From Myxococcota bacterium (GTDB taxonomy: Bacteria; Myxococcota_A; UBA796; CAJQPC01), in contig JAZAMN010000004.1 in NCBI GenBank assembly GCA_036229005.1, positions 1 through 64,000 on the forward strand: a stretch of DNA of 64,000 nucleotides. Reading direction: 5' to 3'. The notes under the pieces were generated by a model. That model was not told the origin of the DNA and did no database searches. It saw nothing but the letters and a program-made list of their open reading frames with translations. Positions 8,366 through 19,160 of this stretch are shown here, in pieces. Each line of letters opens with the position of its first letter. The first letter of the stretch is position 1. A program made the translations under genes and the position numbers.

Positions 8366-9313
8366 TCAGAGGGACTGCTGCAGGGTCAGCGCGCGCCCGA
8401 CGACGACCTGGATCCGAGCGCTGCCCGGGGGCGGGGTGAACTCCCGGGTGCGCTCCTGGACCAGCAGGCGGCCTTGGGCGTCGTAGGCGCTCCACTCGCG
8501 CAGCGGCTCGCCCTCATCCCAGCCCTGCGCGGGGGCGGTCCAGGCCTGGCCTCGGGGAGCGAGCGCGGCTTGGAGCTCCGGCAGGGCGGCGGGCCTCTGC
8601 TCACCGCTGACGGGCGCGGGGTCGTAGAACTCCACGTCCAGCGGGTGGTTGCGCCAGTCGCAGTGCACGTGGGTCTCGTAGTAGCCCACGTAGTCGGCGT
8701 CGGCGTCGTCGCAGGCGCTGCCCAGGCTGTCCAGGCTCACGCTCACCGGGTCCAGGTCCACGGCGTCACCGTACTGGTGACGGCTGTAGGTCACGCCGCC
8801 AACGCCGGCGTTGTATGCCGGGTTTCGGTAGCCGCTGTTGACCGCCAGGGGGCCAAGGTCGTCGCGCAGGCCCTGCAGGGTGACGACCAGGTGCGGCTGG
8901 AACAGCGCATAGCGCCCCTTCCACTCCTGCATGAACTCGTCCAGGACGAAGTTCGGCGCCAGGGCCTGGTCGGGGTCGGGGACCTTGGACAGGTCGATGT
9001 AGCGGGCCGGCGCGGCGTACTGCGCGCTGCCCCCCAGCGGGTCGGGGTAGTCGTAGTCCGAGCCCCACGCGCTCTGGTAGGGCACCAGCGGGTAGCAGAC
9101 GCTCCAGTCCTGCGCTGGGCCGGGGTAGCAGACCTGCTCGGTGGAGCCGCCGCTGTCCTGGGGCTCGCCGGTGTCGCCGCTGTCCTGGGGGGCTCCGGTG
9201 TCCGAGGGGGCTGTGTCCTGGGGCTCCACGTTCGGGTCCAACTCCTGGGGACCCTCCCGCACGGGCAGCTCGCTCTCCTGAGCGCAAGCGAGGACCAGCG
9301 TCCACAGCATCAC
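8366..9313 (-). CDS. Lipoprotein, peptidase M15A (D-Ala-D-Ala Zn metallopeptidase) family
   Basis: 'VNSGYRNPAYNAGVGG...SRHQYGDAVD' and 'HVHCDWR' Zn-ligand motifs; VLAC lipobox. Confidence 0.85.
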   Translation of the reverse strand: MMLWTLVLACAQESELPVREGPQELDPNVEPQDTAPSDTGAPQDSGDTGEPQDSGGSTEQVCYPGPAQDWSVCYPLVPYQSAWGSDYDYPDPLGGSAQYAAPARYIDLSKVPDPDQALAPNFVLDEFMQEWKGRYALFQPHLVVTLQGLRDDLGPLAVNSGYRNPAYNAGVGGVTYSRHQYGDAVDLDPVSVSLDSLGSACDDADADYVGYYETHVHCDWRNHPLDVEFYDPAPVSGEQRPAALPELQAALAPRGQAWTAPAQGWDEGEPLREWSAYDAQGRLLVQERTREFTPPPGSARIQVVVGRALTLQQSL

Positions 9314-12099
9314 TGCGCGCTCCCGGCGGGCTGGCCCAGCACCTGCTGCGGGGTGAGCCGCCTGTCGCCCTGGAACGCGCCGGTCTCCAGATCCCAGGCG
9401 CTGACCTGCCCGGTCTCGGAGGAGACGTAGAGCTGCTGGCCGGACACCGCGAGGTCATGGACCGCGCCGCCGTCGCTGGCCAGCACGCGCTGCAGCGTCT
9501 GCCCCTGGGCGTCCAGCACCAGGGTCTCGCCGCTGGCGTGCCCCACCAGGATGTGGGCGTCGGTGCACTCCAGGGCGGTGATCCCAGCCGGGAAGTGGGC
9601 GTCCAGAGGGACGACCTTGCCGCTGACCACGCGCGCGATCCGCGCGGGGCTGCCCCAGTCCTGGTCCACCGCGACGACGCCGGTGCCGTCCGGGCAGGCG
9701 CTGACCGGCCCAGAGAGCCCGCTGCGCAGGGAGCCCTTGAGGCTGGCCTCCGACTCGGCGGCGCCCAGCTCCGGGTAGATGGAGACGCCCTGGTAGCTGG
9801 CCACGCTCAGGGCGATGCCCTGGGGGCTGACGTCCACGCCGTTTGCCGCCCAGGCGCCCAGCACGCTGCTGCCCGAGAGGTCCAGGGGGACCCAGCCCAG
9901 CCCGCCGTCGTCGTGGCGAACGGCCACGCCGGCCGGGCCGGGCGCGAGCTCGACGATGGGGGCGTCGTGGATCTGCAGGCGCTCGCCGAAGCGCTCGCCG
10001 TCCCAGAGCTGCAGGCCGCCGGCGGTGTCGCCCACGAGCAGGCTGCCGTCGGCCAGAAAGACCGCCGCGCTGGGGGTCTGTTCGGGCTTGAGCTTGCGGC
10101 TCTGGTCGCCCTCGTGGAGGACCAGCACGCCAGCGGTGACCTGGACCAGCTTGTCGCCCTGGGCGTCAATCACGCTGCCGCCCCGCAGGGTGTCGCCCAG
10201 GTGGGTCACGGCGTCGCCCAGGAAGTCGAGCTGGAGCACGCTGCCGTCATCCAGGGCGATCAGGGCGCGGGGGTGCTGGGGGTGGACCGCGGCGTGGGTG
10301 ATGTAGCGCCCGGCGGGCAGGGGGACGCTGCCGGTGTGGAGCAGGTTGCCGTCCAGGTCGTGCAGCTTGGCGTGGCCCTCGTTGTCGACCAGCAGGGCGT
10401 GCTCGCCGCGGATGTCGGCGGCGCTGACCCAGAAGTCGCCGGCCTCGGCCAGGGTCTCGGCCTCGGAGGCGGGGTCCAGGTCCCAGCGCAGCAGGTCGCC
10501 GTTGGTGTCGATGAACCAGACGGCCGGGGGCTCGAAGCTGGGCTCGGTGCGCATCACGACCACGGGGTCTGGGCGCTCGCTGTCCGAGCCTGTTTGGCCC
10601 TCGATCTCTGGGGGCGAGGTGTCCGATGGGCGGTCGGTCGGCGCCCCGGTGTCCTCGCTGGTGGGAGGATCTGCCGGGGTGTCTGTGGGGATCGCGGGGG
10701 GAGCGGTGGGCCGCGCGATGAGCTGGGCCGTGAGCACCCCCATCTCCACCTGGAGACCGGGCGTGGAGACACCGGTGGCGACGTCCTGGAGGACCAGGTT
10801 GGTCTCGCCCCGGAGCTGGAGCAGGGTGGTGCCGCCGGGGCCCAACCAGGCGGTCTCGCTGGTGGCGGGGCTGGAGCCGGTGGGCTGGCCCTGGGGGTCG
10901 AAGGCGTGCAGCCAGCCGCTGCTGAGCACCGCGTAGCTGCCGTCGCTGTTGGAGAGCACCAGGCCCTCGTCCCGGTTGCCGGGGTAGGGGCCCGCGAGCT
11001 GGGCGCCGGTCCAGGCGTCGACCCGCTGCGCTGCGCCCTGGGTGCTGATCATCAGCAGCTCGCCGTCCGGCAGGAAGGTGGCGTTGGGGTCGTAGCGCAT
11101 GGGGATGGACAGCGACGCGGAGGCCTGTCGCTGCCCCTGTGGATCCCAGCCCTCGAGCTGGCCGTCCCAGCGCAGGATCAGGGCCAGGTCCCCCTGGAAG
11201 CCCAGGAGGTTGACCGGGGTGAGCTCGGGCACGGGGCGCTGAATGCTCAGGTCGAAGACCCGGACGATTCCGGCGCCCGAGACCGCGAGGCGCCCGCCGT
11301 CGGGGGAGAAGGCCAGGAAGGGGCTGGTCTCCAGCGAGGGGATCACCCGCAAGGTCCGACCGCTCTCCAACTCCACGACGTGGATGCGCTGGGTCGAGGC
11401 CTCCTGGTAGGCCAGCAGGCGGCCGTCGGGGCTGAGGGCGAGCTGGGCGGTGGGGGGCAGATCCAGAGGGCGGAGCTCACCGCTCTCCAGGTCCAGGACC
11501 TGAACGCCGGAGGCCCAGGAGGGGAGGAGCGCCAGGGACTCCGAGCCCATGATGTCGTAGGCGTTGGCGCCGGCGGCCCAGGACTCCACGCCGCCGTCGG
11601 GGCGCACGCGGTGGACCTGGCCGTAGCCCACCACCAGCAGGTCCTCTCCGCTGCGGCTGAGGGACATGCCGTCGAAGTCGGCTTCCAGCGTCCCCAGGGG
11701 CTCGCCGTCCTGGACGCGCACCCACTCCAGGCCCATGTAGCTGGTGCGCAGCACGCGCCCGCCTTGGTGGTCCAGGGCGATGGGGTTCTCGCTCCAGCTC
11801 GCCTTGAAGCCCTGGAGCTTGTCCCCGCTGGCGGTCTCCCAGACGCGGGCGCGGCGGCCCACGGTGAGCATGGTGGCGCCGTCACCGCTCAGGCTGACCG
11901 AGGGGTTCCAGGTCCACAGGTGCTGCTGGCGCACCAGGTCCAGGGAGTCGGTGGCGTAGAGGTAGGCCTGGTCGGAGTCAGCGACCAGCAGGTGCTCCCC
12001 CTGCCACTGCAGCTCCCAGATGTACCCCTGGTCGCTGTCCATGACGATGACCTGATCTTGCGCGTGGGCCAGCAGGCCCCCCAGTGCTGCCAGCCACAT
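9310..12099 (-). CDS. Secreted multi-blade WD40/beta-propeller protein with Pro/Thr/Asp-rich insert
   Basis: Signal peptide ending AHA; repeated 'LALSPDGRLLA', 'LAFSPDGGRLAVS', 'VSAWDLETG'. Confidence 0.8.
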   Translation of the reverse strand: MWLAALGGLLAHAQDQVIVMDSDQGYIWELQWQGEHLLVADSDQAYLYATDSLDLVRQQHLWTWNPSVSLSGDGATMLTVGRRARVWETASGDKLQGFKASWSENPIALDHQGGRVLRTSYMGLEWVRVQDGEPLGTLEADFDGMSLSRSGEDLLVVGYGQVHRVRPDGGVESWAAGANAYDIMGSESLALLPSWASGVQVLDLESGELRPLDLPPTAQLALSPDGRLLAYQEASTQRIHVVELESGRTLRVIPSLETSPFLAFSPDGGRLAVSGAGIVRVFDLSIQRPVPELTPVNLLGFQGDLALILRWDGQLEGWDPQGQRQASASLSIPMRYDPNATFLPDGELLMISTQGAAQRVDAWTGAQLAGPYPGNRDEGLVLSNSDGSYAVLSSGWLHAFDPQGQPTGSSPATSETAWLGPGGTTLLQLRGETNLVLQDVATGVSTPGLQVEMGVLTAQLIARPTAPPAIPTDTPADPPTSEDTGAPTDRPSDTSPPEIEGQTGSDSERPDPVVVMRTEPSFEPPAVWFIDTNGDLLRWDLDPASEAETLAEAGDFWVSAADIRGEHALLVDNEGHAKLHDLDGNLLHTGSVPLPAGRYITHAAVHPQHPRALIALDDGSVLQLDFLGDAVTHLGDTLRGGSVIDAQGDKLVQVTAGVLVLHEGDQSRKLKPEQTPSAAVFLADGSLLVGDTAGGLQLWDGERFGERLQIHDAPIVELAPGPAGVAVRHDDGGLGWVPLDLSGSSVLGAWAANGVDVSPQGIALSVASYQGVSIYPELGAAESEASLKGSLRSGLSGPVSACPDGTGVVAVDQDWGSPARIARVVSGKVVPLDAHFPAGITALECTDAHILVGHASGETLVLDAQGQTLQRVLASDGGAVHDLAVSGQQLYVSSETGQVSAWDLETGAFQGDRRLTPQQVLGQPAGSAQ

Positions 12100-12102
12100 G
12101 GA

Positions 12103-13938
<1,836 letters not shown>

Positions 13939-14020
13939 GAGCTCTCCAGTGCAATGGTGACAAGGGTGTATCACGGTTCCGGGCCTTGTCAGGGGCCTCC
14001 GGGAGCCCTATCGGGGGGCC

Positions 14021-14608
14021 ATGAAGCTCCTCTTTTCAGACCCCGACTGGCTGGTCGTGGACAAGCCCGCCGGCTGGCTCACCGTCCCGGGTCGCCCCAG
14101 CCCCCAGAGCCCCCCCGTGCTGCGCGCCCGCGTGGAGGCCGAGCACGGCCCCGTCTGGGTGGTGCACCGCCTGGATCGCCAGGTCGGAGGCCTGATCCTG
14201 TTCGCGCGCACTCCCCAGGCACACCGCCGCGCCTCGCTGGCGTTCGAGAGCCGCGAGGTGTCCAAGACCTACCAGGCCAAGACGGTGGGCCAGGCGCCCA
14301 AGCAGGCCAAGCAGCGCTTCCTCGACCGACTCAAGCGCGGGAAGAAGCGGGTCTATCCCCACGCGCAGGGCAAGGATTGCGAGACGCGAGCGCGCTGTCT
14401 GGGCCCAGTGGACGGCGGGCTGGGCTGGGAGCTGAACCCTGTCACCGGCCGCAACCACCAGCTCCGCGTGCAGCTCGCGCAGCGGGGGTGGCCGATCCTG
14501 GGCGATGTGCTCTACGGAGGCCCGGAGTCGGAGGGGGAGGGGATCGCGCTGCGTTCGGTCGCCTTGAGCACACCATTCGGGGACTTCTCCGCACCCCCAC
14601 TGCTCTGA
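14021..14608 (+). CDS. RluA-family RNA pseudouridine synthase
   Basis: 'VVDKPAG', catalytic 'HRLDR', 'TGRNHQLRVQL', 'PILGDVLYG'. Confidence 0.9.
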   Translation: MKLLFSDPDWLVVDKPAGWLTVPGRPSPQSPPVLRARVEAEHGPVWVVHRLDRQVGGLILFARTPQAHRRASLAFESREVSKTYQAKTVGQAPKQAKQRFLDRLKRGKKRVYPHAQGKDCETRARCLGPVDGGLGWELNPVTGRNHQLRVQLAQRGWPILGDVLYGGPESEGEGIALRSVALSTPFGDFSAPPLL

Positions 14609-14644
14609 GCTCCCGTCCGCCAGCGAGGTGCGGCGATCTGCGCC

Positions 14645-16144
14645 CTAATCGCTGCGCGGTCCCCAGCCAGCCACCGTGCCCCAGCCGCCTCGCAACTGGA
14701 TGCGGTCCTGAACGTGGAAGAGGCGCCCGCGACCCTGGGGGAGGCGCTGCAGCTTGCGCCGCTGACCCAGGGCCTCGACCATCGCGATGAGGTCCTGGGA
14801 CTGGGCGGCGTCGTGCTCGCCGAAGGGCATCTGGAAGCTGTCGAACACAAAGAGGCGCTCGGCGTCCGGCGGCAGCTCCAGGCGCGCGAGCAGGGCCCCG
14901 GGGCTGAGGAAGGCGCGCTCGGGGGGCAGGTTCCACATCAGGGCCTCGCTGGGGCCCAGGTGGCCCTCCAGCTCGGGGGGCAGGCGCAGGGGGAGGTCCA
15001 GCAGCTCGCCGTCCAGGGAGATCTCGGCGCTGCGCCGGGGGTGGTCCCAGGGGGTGTGCTGGAGCTGCCAGCCGCCGTCCCACTGGAGCACGACGCCGGT
15101 GCTGTGGAGCTCCAGGCGGTCGCCGTCGGCGGTGGACAGGGCGGCGTCCGAGAGCAGCTCGCGGCCCTGCTCGAAGCAGTAGCGGGCCTGGCGGGGGCCA
15201 AAGTGGGGGCCGTAGCCGTGGATCTCCACGCGCACGCCGTCGTCGACCAGGCCGGTGACCAGGGACTCGAAGATCAGGGCGTCCCCGCTGGCGTGGGCGA
15301 AGCCGGAGACCCGGATCGCGGCGGTGAAGAAGCCCGCGTGGTCCCAGAAGGGCCGGATGCCCTCGCGGAAGGCGCGGTTGAGGGTGGGCAGGGTCAGCGG
15401 CGGGCCGTAGGGCACGTGGCTGAGGGGGGCCTGGCGCACCAGGGCCTGGAGCTGCGGGCTGGGGCGGTCGGAGGGCAGCTCCAGCTCCTCGAACCAGCGC
15501 TGGGTCTGCTGGGCGCCAAAGCGCGTGGAGAGCATCTGGAAGCTGGCGCCGGGGGCGCGGGAGACCAGGTCACGCAGCAGGGCATGCAGGCGGCGATCCC
15601 CCTGGCGGGCGCCGCGCACGAGCAGGGCGAGGCCAGTGCGGGGGTAGCGGGCGGTCCAGTCCATCAGGCCGGGGGCGGCCAGCTCGGGGGGGGACTCGGC
15701 GGGGTGCTCGGGGGCGTGGTGGATGCCGCGCACCGGGGTGAGCAGGTGGAAGGCTGCCTCGGTGGGGGAGGCCATCAGGCAGGCGCCCACGCAGTTGGGG
15801 AGGTTCTGCAGCCAGCCCCGGGGGCTCACGAAGCGGGCCAGCCAGGGCAGGATGTCGTCGCCGTAGCGGAACAGGGGCGCGGTGTTGTTGGGGCCGGGGA
15901 CGTCCTCCAGCCAGCGGATGCGCGTGGCGTGGGCGACGAATTCGTCGGCGTCCTCCAGGCTGAGCAGCGCGGCCCAGAGGCGAGCGCCCTCGGTCGCGGG
16001 GCGGCCATCGGCCAGGCGGATGGCCATGCCCTCGCGGTAGACCTCGGCGGCCTCCACCAGCGCGCGCGCCTGCTCCAGAGGCATCAGGCCGCGCTCGTCC
16101 GGGGCGGGCACGGCGGCGGAGATGGCGGCGTCGAGATCGCGCAT
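14645..16144 (-). CDS. Hypothetical protein (499 aa)
   Basis: Long ORF with normal composition and GC3 bias, co-oriented with the TetR gene; no motif recognised. Confidence 0.7.
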   Translation of the reverse strand: MRDLDAAISAAVPAPDERGLMPLEQARALVEAAEVYREGMAIRLADGRPATEGARLWAALLSLEDADEFVAHATRIRWLEDVPGPNNTAPLFRYGDDILPWLARFVSPRGWLQNLPNCVGACLMASPTEAAFHLLTPVRGIHHAPEHPAESPPELAAPGLMDWTARYPRTGLALLVRGARQGDRRLHALLRDLVSRAPGASFQMLSTRFGAQQTQRWFEELELPSDRPSPQLQALVRQAPLSHVPYGPPLTLPTLNRAFREGIRPFWDHAGFFTAAIRVSGFAHASGDALIFESLVTGLVDDGVRVEIHGYGPHFGPRQARYCFEQGRELLSDAALSTADGDRLELHSTGVVLQWDGGWQLQHTPWDHPRRSAEISLDGELLDLPLRLPPELEGHLGPSEALMWNLPPERAFLSPGALLARLELPPDAERLFVFDSFQMPFGEHDAAQSQDLIAMVEALGQRRKLQRLPQGRGRLFHVQDRIQLRGGWGTVAGWGPRSD

Positions 16145-16163
16145 GGGGAGAGCCTACCCCGGC

Positions 16164-16829
16164 TCAGCGCCCGCAGAGGCCCAGACGGAGAAAGCGCACC
16201 AGCTCCCGGGCAAAGCGCTCCTGCTGCTCGGGGCCGAAGGCGGCCAGGACCTCGGGGCGCTCGGGCCACTGGATCATCGGGACGCCCACCCGCTGGGGCA
16301 GGATGTCCATCACCGCATGGCGGAAGAAGCTGGAGACCATCGCCGCGCCCATGTCCAGGTCCAGGTCTTCCCGAAGCTGGCCCTTGGAGCGGGCCTCCAG
16401 CAGCAGCATGCGCATCCAGCGCACCGAGGTCTCGGAGGCCTCCTGCTGCATCTCCAGGAGCTGGGGGTCGCTGGTGGCGTCCCAGAGTCGGGCGCCCAGG
16501 GACGCGATGCGCGGGCGGGCCAGCGCCCAGGCCTGGCCCTGTCTCAGTTGGGCTTCGAGGTTGTCCAGGAAGCTGGCCTGGGGGTCGTAGGCGTGCTCCC
16601 GGAAGTGCTGCAGCTTGAGCTGGCTGATGTACTCGAAGATCAGCCAGCGGTACAGGTCCAGCTTGTTGTCGAAGTACTGGTAGATGCTGCCTTTCGAGAT
16701 CCCGCAGCGGGACACGATCGCGGAGAGCGAGGCCTGGGCGTAGGGCTGCGTGGAGAACTCCAGCACAGCCTGCTCCAGGATCCGCTCCCGCTTGGGCTCC
16801 GGCAGGTTGAAGAAGGTCTGCTTGGGCAT
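16164..16829 (-). CDS. TetR/AcrR family transcriptional regulator
   Basis: 'MPKQTFFNLPEPKRERIL...ASLSAIVSRCGISKGSIYQYFDNKLDLY' helix-turn-helix. Confidence 0.92.
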   Translation of the reverse strand: MPKQTFFNLPEPKRERILEQAVLEFSTQPYAQASLSAIVSRCGISKGSIYQYFDNKLDLYRWLIFEYISQLKLQHFREHAYDPQASFLDNLEAQLRQGQAWALARPRIASLGARLWDATSDPQLLEMQQEASETSVRWMRMLLLEARSKGQLREDLDLDMGAAMVSSFFRHAVMDILPQRVGVPMIQWPERPEVLAAFGPEQQERFARELVRFLRLGLCGR

Positions 16830-16872
16830 GCAGGCCCCCTATCCCGCCGGAGCGGACGCCTGGGTGGGGCGC

Positions 16873-17517
16873 CTACTCGGGCTCGTGGAACTCGTACTCG
16901 TCGGGCAGGGCCTCGTCGATCAGCGACATGGCCTCGCTGTAGTTGTCGGTGGCCATGACGACCGCGCCCGGCGCCAGCAGCGTGAAGCTGGGGATGCCGC
17001 TGTCCTGCCGGAAGCGGTTCTCCCACTCCCAGTTGGGGTCCGCGATCACCGGGATGGTCTGCCCGTAGGTGTCGGCCCAGCCGGCCAGCTCCTCGGCGGT
17101 GGGGGTGCCGCCGCTGTTGTTCTCACCGTGCGCCTGAACGACCATCAGGCCCTCTTCCTTCCTCTCCTGGTACAGGGCTTCCAGCCCCGCGGCTTCCGCC
17201 TGACAGGCGCCTCACCAGAAGGCGGCCGAGACGACAAGGATCGCTCGGTCGCAGAAGTCGTGCAGGTTGACGGTGTCGCCGAACTGGTCGGTGCCCGAGG
17301 TGCCGGCGGTGACGTCGCCGACGGCGTTTCCGGTGACCTCGAGGTCCTCGTTGCAGGACGTCGCGATCTCCCAGCCGCCGCCTTCGTAGAAGACGTGCTC
17401 GGGCGTGGGCTCGCCGCCGATGACCGCGCCGTCTTCGTCCAGCGAGACGTCCACGTCCACCGGCGCGCAGGCGACCAAGGAGGCCGTCCCCAGCGCGAGG
17501 GGGAGGAGTTTCTTCAT
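16873..17517 (-). CDS. Thioredoxin-fold (TlpA/redoxin-like) lipoprotein with in-frame TGA, probable selenoprotein (W-U-G-A-C)
   Basis: ORFs 17212-17517 and 16873-17145 are in the same frame separated only by TGA at 17214-17212; read-through gives 'DQFGDTVNLHDFCDRAILVVSAAFW-U-GACQAEA...GIPSFTLL'. Confidence 0.82.
17172..17190 (-). promoter_or_regulatory. Candidate bacterial SECIS hairpin
   Basis: Minus-strand GCGGGGCT-GGA-AGCCCTGT stem-loop starting 21 nt after the UGA, G-starting apical loop. Confidence 0.5.
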
Positions 17518-17591
17518 GGGGGGATCCTCATTTCTCCGGCACAGCATCGCCCATTGTGGGGGCCCGTGGCTGTCAATTCTGCCTGGAGGCC

Positions 17592-19109
17592 TCAAAAAGT
17601 GAGCCAGGCCCCGGTGTCCTCGCAGGACTCCACCCACACCACGGCGTTGGGATCCAGGAGGAGGGAGGGGGTGGGCCCGGATCGATCCAGGTCCACCGTC
17701 TCCACCTCTTCCCCATCCAGCCGGGTGGCCACCGGGGCGCCAGCGAGGTCAAGCTGGGCCACAACGGACACCTCCAGGTCGTGCGCGGCCTGGGCCCAGG
17801 CCTCGGCGGCGGCGGCGAACGCGGCATCCAGGCTGTCGTCCCGGCTGTCCCCGGCCTCCATGTCCGCGAGCAGGGCGTCGGTCTCGTCGCCGTAGGCGGC
17901 CTCCAGCGCAGCGGTGGTGGTCTGGTCCAGCAGCACCTCGCTGGCGGCGACGATGGGATCGGGGCTGTGGCGCCACAGGAGCACAGCGGTGCACCCAGCA
18001 GTCCTGCCGGCCACCCCCTCCACCTCCTCCTGCTCGGACGACAGAGGCTGGATCTCTCCGTCCTGGAGGGCGCGCATCGCGGCGTGGACGTGGGTGACGG
18101 GCTTGGGCTGTCCGCCGTATTGGAGCAGGCCGTAGCCGGCGTTGTCCCGGTGCTCGGAGAAGTCCTCCCAGGCGGCCATGTAGCGCTGCTGCCACCCCTG
18201 GCGGCGCATCTCGGCCTGGATGGCGGCGAAGGAGGCGGGCTGGCTGTCGCTGCCGCGGAAGGTGGAGGTGTCGTTCCACTCGGTGATCCAGACGGGGAGG
18301 TCCGGGCGACCGGCGTCGGCCTTCCAGGCGTCCACCTGCTGGGCGAAGCGGCGCACGCTGGCGGGGTGGTCACCGAAGTAGTGGACGGAGACGAAGTCCA
18401 GCGGCAAATCGTGGGCCTGGACGTGGTCGAGCAGCGCGGGGACAAGGGGCCCCTCGCCGACGCCGCCGTCGGGCTGGTTGGTGCCGAAGCCGCCCACGAG
18501 CGCGGTCTCGTCGCCCCGCAGGATGGCCGCGCTGGTGACGGTGTAGAGCTCCAGGAGCTCGGCCTGGCTGCCGGTCCAGTAGATGTCGGGCTCGTTCCAG
18601 ACCTCGAAGGCGAGCTGGGTGTCGGGGTACTCGGCCTTGAGGGCGCGCACGCTGCGCTCGACCAGCAGGGCCCAGGTGTCCATGTCCGCGGGGGGCCGCG
18701 TGTTGGCGACGGTCCAGGTGTCCCACTCGGAGTGCAGGCTGAGGTCGTCGCTGGAGGACAGCCAGTGGGGCATCTTGGCGATGGGGAAGAGCAGGGTCTG
18801 GTGGCCGGCCAGCAGCGGCAGGTTGGGGCGGGTGGCCTCCAGGTAGGCGTCGACGCCGGCCAGGGCGTCCTCCAGGTCGACGGCGTCCGGCCGGGTGTTG
18901 AGGGCGGACTCCATGATCGTCAGGCGGGCCTGGCTGCCGGGGTGGATCTGCGCGACGTAGGCGTCCAGCGCCTCCTGGGTCTTGGGCACCAGGAAGAAGT
19001 CGGTGGGCAGCGGCGCGGCGGAGGGGGCCTCCCAGGCCCCGGCGTCGGTGGGCAGGGAGACCTCTCCGTCGACGGGGAGGGCGCAGGCGGCCAGCAGCAG
19101 CAGCAGCAT
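17592..19109 (-). CDS. Glycoside hydrolase family 39-like (clan GH-A) lipoprotein
   Basis: Acid/base 'FEVWNEPD', 'LDFVSVHYF', nucleophile 'VWITEWN'; LAAC lipobox. Confidence 0.8.
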   Translation of the reverse strand: MLLLLLAACALPVDGEVSLPTDAGAWEAPSAAPLPTDFFLVPKTQEALDAYVAQIHPGSQARLTIMESALNTRPDAVDLEDALAGVDAYLEATRPNLPLLAGHQTLLFPIAKMPHWLSSSDDLSLHSEWDTWTVANTRPPADMDTWALLVERSVRALKAEYPDTQLAFEVWNEPDIYWTGSQAELLELYTVTSAAILRGDETALVGGFGTNQPDGGVGEGPLVPALLDHVQAHDLPLDFVSVHYFGDHPASVRRFAQQVDAWKADAGRPDLPVWITEWNDTSTFRGSDSQPASFAAIQAEMRRQGWQQRYMAAWEDFSEHRDNAGYGLLQYGGQPKPVTHVHAAMRALQDGEIQPLSSEQEEVEGVAGRTAGCTAVLLWRHSPDPIVAASEVLLDQTTTAALEAAYGDETDALLADMEAGDSRDDSLDAAFAAAAEAWAQAAHDLEVSVVAQLDLAGAPVATRLDGEEVETVDLDRSGPTPSLLLDPNAVVWVESCEDTGAWLTF

Positions 19110-19160
19110 CGGGACTCCGGGCTCGGGAGCTTGGACCCGCCAGCAGGCTGCGGCCGAAAC

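Noticed and set aside
16873..17517. Pseudogene or two separate small genes
   Set aside because: The stop falls exactly on the redox Cys position with both halves intact and in frame, which fits Sec recoding better.
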